A stretch of DNA of 38,356 bases from Nitrospirota bacterium (GTDB lineage: Bacteria > Nitrospirota > Thermodesulfovibrionia > Thermodesulfovibrionales > JdFR-86): positions 1 through 38,356 of the forward strand of contig DAOWET010000216.1 in the NCBI GenBank assembly GCA_030638335.1. Reading direction: 5' to 3'. Of this stretch, positions 32,108 through 38,356 are shown in pieces (within the stretch, counting starts at the first letter, position 1; every line of letters starts with the position of its first letter). Position numbers and translations under genes: made by a program. A model generated the notes under the pieces. The model searched no databases, was not told the DNA's origin, and saw nothing but the letters and a program-made list of their open reading frames with translations.

Positions 32108-33487
32108 ATGGACGCGCCTCTAAGTGGAGTGAGGGTTATCATCATAGACCCGGACCCGGGGTTCATCTCACAGGTGCGTGATGACCTTGAAGGCCTTGGG
32201 GCCGAGGTGCTTGAGGCGCGCGACACCTCGGAGGCTGAGAGATATTACTCAGGGGGTGGAACTTCCGCCCTGCTTGCAAACGTGAACCTGATCGGTGTTG
32301 ACGCCGAGAGTTTCATATTGAACTACAAAGGCGCAAACCCCGAGGGCATGTTCTTCCTCGTGCTTGAGCCGGGGGTAAGCGTAACATCTGATGACCCCTC
32401 GGCCCTGAGCGTTGAGGACTACCTGCAGAAGCCAATAGATACCGGGCGGCTCGCTCACATGCTTGAGTCCGGCAGCAGCCGCGCCCTGGCACTGCCGGAC
32501 CCCATAGTCAACCAGGCCCGCCCTTATTTCCAGTTCCGCTCCCAGGCCATGCGCATGGCGTTGGCCCAGCTGCCCAAGATAGCAGGCTCTGACCAGACCG
32601 TGCTCATCTCCGGAGAGACCGGCACTGGAAAGGAGATCATCTCAAGGGCCATCCACGTTCTGAGCCCACGGGCCTCAGGGCCCTTTGTGGCCATAAACTG
32701 CGGGGCCATACCCGAGACCCTGATAGAGAGCGAGCTGTTCGGGCATGTCAAGGGCGCATTTACCGGGGCGCACAAGGACCGCAAGGGCAAGTTCGAACTT
32801 GCCCGGCGCGGCACTCTCCTGCTGGACGAGATCGGCGACATGCCGATACAGCTCCAGGTGAGGCTGCTGAGGGTACTTGAGGAGGGCCAGGTCTTCCGCG
32901 TGGGCTCAGAGGAGCCCATACCCGTGGACGTGCGCATTATCGCATCTTCGCTTCAGGACCTGTATAAATCAGTGAACGAGGGCCTGTTCCGCGAGGACCT
33001 GTACTACAGGCTGAACATTCTGAATATCCACCTGCCCCCGTTGCGCCAGCGTGTTGAGGACATCTCTTTGCTTGCCGTTCATTTCATGGACAGGGCCTTG
33101 GCGGAGCTTGGCTCCCTGGAGCCCCATCCCAAGCTCTCCACCGCAACCACGGGCCTGCTTGAGGGCCTGCCCTGGAGGGGCAATGTGCGCGAGCTCAGAA
33201 ACGTGATCACCCGGGTGGCCACATTCCTGCCCCACTCTGCCAGACAGGTGCTTCCGATGCATGTCATCCCTCACCTTGAGGGCAGGTATGACAGCAACAT
33301 GCATATGAAGGAAACGGAAGGCACTGCCTCAAACGGCGGCATCTACATACCCGGGGGGACAACCCTTGATGAGGCAAAGGACATGCTCATACAAAACGCG
33401 CTTGAAAGATCCGGCGGCAACCGCACACATGCCGCAAGGATGCTCGATATCGGCATCAGGACCCTGAGAAGGAAGGTCAACAAATGA
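32108..33487 (+). CDS. sigma54-dependent transcriptional activator (NtrC family) with a degenerate receiver domain
   Basis: AAA+ motifs GETGTGKE, the sigma54-contact loop GAFTGA, and ESELFGH. C-terminal Fis-type HTH GGNRTHAARMLDIGIRTLRRK. The ATG at 32108 follows AAAGGTGGG. Confidence 0.88.
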   Translation: MDAPLSGVRVIIIDPDPGFISQVRDDLEGLGAEVLEARDTSEAERYYSGGGTSALLANVNLIGVDAESFILNYKGANPEGMFFLVLEPGVSVTSDDPSALSVEDYLQKPIDTGRLAHMLESGSSRALALPDPIVNQARPYFQFRSQAMRMALAQLPKIAGSDQTVLISGETGTGKEIISRAIHVLSPRASGPFVAINCGAIPETLIESELFGHVKGAFTGAHKDRKGKFELARRGTLLLDEIGDMPIQLQVRLLRVLEEGQVFRVGSEEPIPVDVRIIASSLQDLYKSVNEGLFREDLYYRLNILNIHLPPLRQRVEDISLLAVHFMDRALAELGSLEPHPKLSTATTGLLEGLPWRGNVRELRNVITRVATFLPHSARQVLPMHVIPHLEGRYDSNMHMKETEGTASNGGIYIPGGTTLDEAKDMLIQNALERSGGNRTHAARMLDIGIRTLRRKVNK

Positions 33488-34425
33488 CTGCGGCCAGGGC
33501 ACGAGTGCTGATCATCGAGGACAACAAGCCACAGGCGGACGCTGCGCAGAAGTACCTTAAGAGCCTTGGCTACAAGATCTTCTGGGCACCCGACGGGAAG
33601 TCCGCGATCAAGGCCCTGAGCACCGAGGTCGTAGACGTGGTCCTTCTGGACCTGGAGCTCCCGGACATGCACGGCACGAAGATCCTGCAGTGGATAAAGC
33701 ACAACGACGCCACAAGGCGCGTGTGCGTGATCATCGTAACCGCCAAGGACTCCCTGGGGGAGAAGGTCATGGGGCTTGAGGCCGGTGCGGTGGACTACCT
33801 CCTTAAACCCTATAACGACATGGAGCTGCAGGCGCGCATACGCTCATGCCTCAAGACCCAGGCCCTGCAGGACGAGCTGGAGAAAAAGAACCTCCGCCTG
33901 ATGGAACTCGTGGATGAGGTAAAAACCCTCGCGGTCACCGACCACCTCACTGGCCTGTACAACAGGCGGCACATGAACAAGGTCCTGAACCATGAGTTCC
34001 AGAGGGTCAAGCGCTACAAGGAGGACCTGTCGTGCCTGATGGTGGACGTGGACCACTTCAAGCGTATAAACGACACCTTTGGCCACGCCATCGGGGACAT
34101 GGTGCTCTCGGGCCTTGCCAAAACCCTGAAGGAGTGCTTCCGCACAGTGGATATCATCGCAAGGTGGGGCGGTGAGGAATTTGTCGTGCTTATGCCAAAG
34201 ACCCCTTTGAAAGAAGCCGCAGACGTTGCCGATAGGCTTCTGAAATCAGTAAGCAAAACGAAATTCGAGCCCATCGGGGAGGAGTCGATAACCATAAGCA
34301 TTGGCCTTTGCAATACGCCTGATACGGAGATTGAGAGCGCTGAGATGATAGTGGACTTTGCAGACGAAGCCCTTCTTGCGGCCAAGCGCAACGGCAGGAA
34401 CCGCCTGGAGATATATTCCTGCTGA
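33484..34425 (+). CDS. response regulator-diguanylate cyclase (REC-GGDEF)
   Basis: The receiver domain is canonical (IIEDN, VVLLDLELPDMHG, IIVTAK, LLKP). The GGDEF domain has an active-type GGEEF and an RTVD (RxxD) I-site five residues upstream. ATGA overlap with the activator gene. Confidence 0.9.
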   Translation: MTAARARVLIIEDNKPQADAAQKYLKSLGYKIFWAPDGKSAIKALSTEVVDVVLLDLELPDMHGTKILQWIKHNDATRRVCVIIVTAKDSLGEKVMGLEAGAVDYLLKPYNDMELQARIRSCLKTQALQDELEKKNLRLMELVDEVKTLAVTDHLTGLYNRRHMNKVLNHEFQRVKRYKEDLSCLMVDVDHFKRINDTFGHAIGDMVLSGLAKTLKECFRTVDIIARWGGEEFVVLMPKTPLKEAADVADRLLKSVSKTKFEPIGEESITISIGLCNTPDTEIESAEMIVDFADEALLAAKRNGRNRLEIYSC

Positions 34426-34493
34426 GCAACCCGCTTTATTGCACGAGTTCTGATTTGCCGCAGATGCAAGCCAGATGACGCGTAGGCATATAG

Positions 34494-34538
34494 GCATACG
34501 TCAAGCGGCTTATGGCGAAGCAGATGTGGTGAATCAGG
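34494..34538. repeat. copy 3 of the dispersed repeat
   Basis: gcatacgtcaagcggcttatggcgaagcagatgtggtgaatcagg. A more degenerate unit appears to precede it at about 34433-34475 (ccgctttattgcacgag...gccgcagatgcaag). Confidence 0.75.
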
Positions 34539-34694
34539 CTCGCCCGAAGGGTGAAGGGAGGGGAAGCAAAAGGTACAAAACATGACTTTGCAATATTTGC
34601 AAAATTATGCTTTATTGCAATTAAATCAAAATGTTTTGTGCCTTTACGCCCGCCCTTCATGCAATATGCGGGCTAGCCTGCTGATATGATTATC

Positions 34695-35942
34695 TCAGGG
34701 CACGTAGCGCTCAAAGCGCTCTCTGAGCACCTCACCTTTACCCAACCCGGACTTCTCAATAAGCCTGTCAATGGCACTGGCCCTTCTGTCCGCATCGCGG
34801 TAAGCATAGGTCTTGAGTTCCTCTCCGGTCACGACCTTTGATGTCTTGACGATAAATTCCCTGAGCCCCGCGGGAGCATAACCGGTGGTGGAGAGGAGCC
34901 GGGTGCCAATCTTGTCAGCCTGGTCCTCGTCATCTATCTTGCGCCCTCCAACCATCTGCTCGAACATCTGGTCGGCCATGTCCTCCATGTCCGCCATGAC
35001 CTGCTCGTCTCCCTTGTCCATGCCGCGCAAGTCAAGTTCATTGTCCAGGTCGTCCATCATGCCCGCGCTCTTTATGCGTGTGTCCTGACGGTCAAGTTCC
35101 TTCATGCCGTGGCGCATCAGCACATGCACCACCTCGTGGCTCAGCACGCCGGCAAGCTCTGCCTCGCTTTCCATGGTCTCAAGCGCCCCCGTGGTGATGA
35201 AGACGAAACCGCCAGGGGCTGAGAAGGAGTTGACCTTCTTGCTCTGGAGCACTATGAACACGAAGGGCACGTCATACACAGGCGTATTCTCCTGTACGGC
35301 CGAGCCGACCATGGAGACGTACTTCCTGAGGCGCGGGTCCCTGCTTGGAGGCATCACGCTCAACAGGCGCATGGTTATGGCGATACCCACCTCGCGGTCA
35401 GCTTCGGGTATATCAGCATCCGCAAGACCGCCGGGATCACCGCCTGTCGGTGAAAGCGGCTCCTTGAAGCTCCTGTACTCCTCAACCCCAAAGGGGCTTT
35501 CCATGAGCGCCTCTATCTCAGCCGGGTCCAGGCCGTGCTTCTCAGCGTACTTGCGAGGGAAGAGCCCCATGTCAGCCACACCGCGAAGGGCGGCGACCAT
35601 CATGGGCCTTGACGTGCCGCTCCTGCCGGCCTGTATCCTGGAGCCCTTGGACAGGCTGCCCTGGCCGCCTGTGCCCCCGGCGCTGTAGTTTATTGAACGA
35701 GCGCTGGCATAACCCGCCTGGCCGCTTGCGCCTTTCACCTTGTACCAGAGCCCGGACTTCTCAAGTATCTCAAGCGTATCGCCACGCTTGAGCTCATAAA
35801 GGACAGGGTAGTACCAGCCCGGGCCCTTGCGCACCGGGACCTTGTAGGACTGGACCTTTACCTCCTCGGCAACTGCAAAAGAAAATGAAGACAGAACAAA
35901 AAGAAAGACCACAAGCGGTATGATAACCCGTCCTCTACCCAT
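34695..35942 (-). CDS. secreted M48-family zinc metalloprotease with an N-terminal SH3b-like domain
   Basis: Signal peptide. SH3-like segment YKVPVRKGPGWYYPVLYELKRGDTLEILEKSGLWYKVKG. HExxH site in VLSHEVVHVLMRHG. Confidence 0.8.
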   Translation of the reverse strand: MGRGRVIIPLVVFLFVLSSFSFAVAEEVKVQSYKVPVRKGPGWYYPVLYELKRGDTLEILEKSGLWYKVKGASGQAGYASARSINYSAGGTGGQGSLSKGSRIQAGRSGTSRPMMVAALRGVADMGLFPRKYAEKHGLDPAEIEALMESPFGVEEYRSFKEPLSPTGGDPGGLADADIPEADREVGIAITMRLLSVMPPSRDPRLRKYVSMVGSAVQENTPVYDVPFVFIVLQSKKVNSFSAPGGFVFITTGALETMESEAELAGVLSHEVVHVLMRHGMKELDRQDTRIKSAGMMDDLDNELDLRGMDKGDEQVMADMEDMADQMFEQMVGGRKIDDEDQADKIGTRLLSTTGYAPAGLREFIVKTSKVVTGEELKTYAYRDADRRASAIDRLIEKSGLGKGEVLRERFERYVP

Positions 35943-36115
35943 AACGTATCGATCTCCTTCCTAAATGTGACGCCAGAACACTCATAAACCGCTACTGCGA
36001 TTCAAATGCGCTGGCAGTTATGAACTGTGTAGTATATAAAGCTACCATTTCTGCGCCCACCGGTCAATACTCCCGTATGTGTGGCGCCTGCCCCGTTTCG
36101 GTTAAAATAACTCCC

Positions 36116-37315
36116 ATGCTCTCAAATGGCAGGTTCTCAGCCCTGTCTTACAGGGATTTCCGGCTCTTCTGGACCGGTCAGTGGGTCTCGCTCTCAGGGA
36201 CCTGGATGCACATGACCGCCCTGGGATGGCTGGTCTACAGGCTCACAGGCTCACCCTTTTATCTGGGCATGGTCTCCGCCGCCTCCACCCTTCCCATACT
36301 GCTTTTCAGCCTGGTGGGGGGCGCGGTTGCCGACCGCGTGGAGAAGCGCAGGCTTCTGATAGCCACACAGGTGTTGTCCATGGTTCCGGCTTTCATCATA
36401 GGGCTGCTGGTTCTGACAGACAACATAACAGTATGGCGTCTGGTGTTTCTGGGTTTCGCCCTTGGCACGATAAACGCCTTTGACATACCAGCCCGGCAGA
36501 GCTATCTTGTGAGCCTTACAAGCCGCAAGAGCCTTCTGAATGCCGTGGCCCTGAACTCCGCCGCCTTCAACGGCTCGCGCATGGTCGGGCCGGTGCTTGC
36601 CGGGTTCATCATATCGGGCTTTGGGATCGCTGCGTGTTTTTTCATAAACAGCCTGAGCTACCTCGCGGCCATAGTGGCCCTCTCTCTCGTCTCGGCCAAG
36701 GGCGCGCCGGAGAAGAAGGAACACCACATGGCCAGGGACATTGCCGAGGGGATGAGGTTTTTAAAGAACGAGCCCGGGCTGTTGCGCATTGTGCTCATGG
36801 TGAGCACCTTCAGCCTTTTCGGCCTTCCCTTTATCTCACAGCTTCCGGTCTTTGCGGGAGAGATCCTCAACACAGGCGCAAAGGGCCTGGGACTGTTGAT
36901 GGGTGCTTCCGGCCTTGGAGCGTTCACCATGGCCCTGCTTATAGCCTTCAAGGGTGACATAGAGCATAAGGCGGTCGTGATGAACGTGGCCTCCATATGT
37001 TTTCCCGCTGGCCTGCTCGCCTTTGCCTTCTCAAAGGATTTTAATATCGCCCTTGTGCTGATGTTCCTCGTGGGCCTTGCGGTTGTGGCCTTTTTATCAA
37101 ACGCCAACAGCTCGCTGCAGCTAAGGACCCCGGACGGCCTCAGGGGCAGGGTCATGAGCGTGTACACGCTGCTGTTTCTGGGCATGACGCCGATAGGGCA
37201 TTCGCTCCTTGGCGTGCTTGCGGATTCCGTTGGCTCGGCAAGCGCGGTGCGCATTACAAGCGCGCTCTGTCTTGGGTTATCATTTATATTGATATCAAGG
37301 AAGGACGCAGGATGA
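36116..37315 (+). CDS. MFS transporter (EntS/MFS_3-like)
   Basis: About 12 hydrophobic helices. The N-terminal FRLFWTGQWVSLSGTWM is typical of this MFS subgroup. Start taken at ATG 36116, though it lacks a clear RBS. Confidence 0.78.
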   Translation: MLSNGRFSALSYRDFRLFWTGQWVSLSGTWMHMTALGWLVYRLTGSPFYLGMVSAASTLPILLFSLVGGAVADRVEKRRLLIATQVLSMVPAFIIGLLVLTDNITVWRLVFLGFALGTINAFDIPARQSYLVSLTSRKSLLNAVALNSAAFNGSRMVGPVLAGFIISGFGIAACFFINSLSYLAAIVALSLVSAKGAPEKKEHHMARDIAEGMRFLKNEPGLLRIVLMVSTFSLFGLPFISQLPVFAGEILNTGAKGLGLLMGASGLGAFTMALLIAFKGDIEHKAVVMNVASICFPAGLLAFAFSKDFNIALVLMFLVGLAVVAFLSNANSSLQLRTPDGLRGRVMSVYTLLFLGMTPIGHSLLGVLADSVGSASAVRITSALCLGLSFILISRKDAG

Positions 37316-38013
37316 GGCTTCTGGCAATAGAGACAGCGAGCCAGCTTGGCGGGCTTGCGGTGATGGACTCGGACACGGGCCTTGTGGCAGAGTGCCGTCT
37401 GAACGTGCACGCCACCCACTCAGAGACCCTTATGGGAGAGGTCCACCACGTACTCAGGCTCGCGGGATCCACCGCGATGGAGCTTGACGCGATAGCGGTG
37501 TCCTGCGGCCCCGGCGCCTTTACCGGCCTCAGGGTCGGGCTTGGCACAGCCAAGGGCCTGGCATTTGCCTCAGGCGCCAGGATAGTGGCCGTGCCGACCC
37601 TTGAGGCATATGCCTTGAGCCTTCCCTTTACCCGCTCACCCGTCGCACCCATGCTTGATGCCAGAAGGCGCGAGGTCTACGCCGGTCTCTTCAGCGTGGA
37701 AGACGACGGCACAGTGCGCCGCCTGATCGAGGAGCAGCCTGTTAGTGCCTCTGCTTTCATGGAATCCATCAGCGGATATGAGAGCATCGTATTTGCCGGA
37801 CAGGGCGCCCTTATCTACAAAGATGCAATTATAGAGGGGTTTAGAGGCAAGGCCATTTTCGCCCCTGCCCAGCAGATGCATCCCTCTCCAGCCTCTGTTG
37901 CTGAACTGGGGATGAGGCTTGCCCGGGCAGGTGTTTTTTCCGATCCAGAAACCCTTTGCCCGATGTACATCAGAAAGAGCGAAGCCGAGACACCCCGCCA
38001 GAGAAAACCTTGA
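37312..38013 (+). CDS. tsaB: tRNA t6A37 biosynthesis protein TsaB (YeaZ)
   Basis: MRLLAIETASQLGGLAVMD ... AVSCGPGAFTGLRVGLGTAKGLA. ATGA overlap with the MFS gene. Confidence 0.88.
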   Translation: MRLLAIETASQLGGLAVMDSDTGLVAECRLNVHATHSETLMGEVHHVLRLAGSTAMELDAIAVSCGPGAFTGLRVGLGTAKGLAFASGARIVAVPTLEAYALSLPFTRSPVAPMLDARRREVYAGLFSVEDDGTVRRLIEEQPVSASAFMESISGYESIVFAGQGALIYKDAIIEGFRGKAIFAPAQQMHPSPASVAELGMRLARAGVFSDPETLCPMYIRKSEAETPRQRKP

Positions 38014-38356
38014 ACGAAATATTGCCTGTAAGTGCCTCTGATCTGACCCTCATTGACGAGGTGGAACGTTCGTGCTTTCCCGGAAATCCCTGGAGCATTG
38101 AATCGTTACGAGCCTCTATCTTGAGGGATAGATCCATATGCCTTGCAGCCTTTGTGGATGGTGATGTCGTTGGATATGCGCTTGCCTCATGTGCCGCCCC
38201 GGAGGCTGAGATGCTGAAGGTGGCGGTACTGCCCGGATACAGACGGCAGGGCATAGGGCAGAGGCTTGTGCGTGCTATGACAAAAACCCTTGGCAGGACA
38301 GGGTGTCATGAGGTGTTCCTTGAGTGCCGGGCCTCAAACCATGCCGCCATCAATAT
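38010..38356 (+). CDS. rimI: ribosomal-protein-alanine N-acetyltransferase (GNAT), 3'-truncated by the window edge
   Basis: The open frame runs from TTG 38010, overlapping the tsaB stop, to the window end. It contains IDEVERSCFPGNPWS and the acetyl-CoA motif YRRQGIGQRL. tsaB-rimI is a canonical pairing. Confidence 0.75.
   Translation, partial: MNEILPVSASDLTLIDEVERSCFPGNPWSIESLRASILRDRSICLAAFVDGDVVGYALASCAAPEAEMLKVAVLPGYRRQGIGQRLVRAMTKTLGRTGCHEVFLECRASNHAAIN

Noticed and set aside
1-38356. A search by eye for rRNA, tRNA, tmRNA, RNase P RNA, SRP RNA, CRISPR arrays, transposases or integrases, and prophage genes.
   Set aside because: I found none. There is no GTTCGAATC-type T-loop context in the intergenic spacers and no regularly spaced direct repeats. 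No ORF carries DDE or tyrosine-recombinase motifs. A covariance-model scan would be needed to exclude small RNAs.

Overview
This is a 38.4-kb chromosomal segment from a diderm, LPS-producing bacterium with GC-rich coding DNA. The taxon cannot be assigned from sequence alone. The gene content (multiheme cytochrome, LpxI, HARP, sigma54 activator, class II RNR) resembles anaerobic Deltaproteobacteria or Nitrospirota-like lineages, but that is inference only. Most of the window is tightly packed, often translationally coupled housekeeping operons. (1) Plus strand: a tetraheme cytochrome c and an NHL beta-propeller lipoprotein. (2) Minus strand, 7.66->2.0 kb: small hypothetical-nadD-rsfS-rlmH-lapB-like-HARP-large membrane protein. 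(3) Minus strand: PAS-PAS histidine kinase, then CheY and a CheX-type phosphatase fusion. (4) deoA. (5) Minus strand, 21.0->12.4 kb: bamA-skp-lpxD-fabZ-lpxA-lpxI, followed by a GT-C membrane glycosyltransferase and a GTDC1-like glycosyltransferase. (6) proA. (7) mnmG-rsmG plus a small Cys-rich ORF. (8) The only compositionally foreign stretch (~25.35-26.6 kb) is AT-rich. It holds an NYN-nuclease/zinc-ribbon gene flanked by ~50-bp imperfect direct repeats and preceded by three hairpins. It lies convergent with a degenerate MNT-like nucleotidyltransferase. (9) Class II ribonucleotide reductase nrdJ has an NrdR-box promoter and a ~330-nt leader. (10) An exported Memo-AMMECR1 fusion. (11) A sigma54 activator with a pseudo-receiver, overlapping a REC-GGDEF cyclase. 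(12) An M48/SH3 protease, an MFS transporter, tsaB and partial rimI. I found no rRNA, tRNA, CRISPR array or transposase. The best candidates for something new are the repeat-flanked NYN cassette, the four-repeat MshEN-like/CheX fusion module, the GT-C plus GTDC1-like pair at the end of the lipid A operon, and a dispersed ~46-bp 3'-proximal repeat family. All functional calls rest on motifs read by eye and need HMM or BLAST confirmation.
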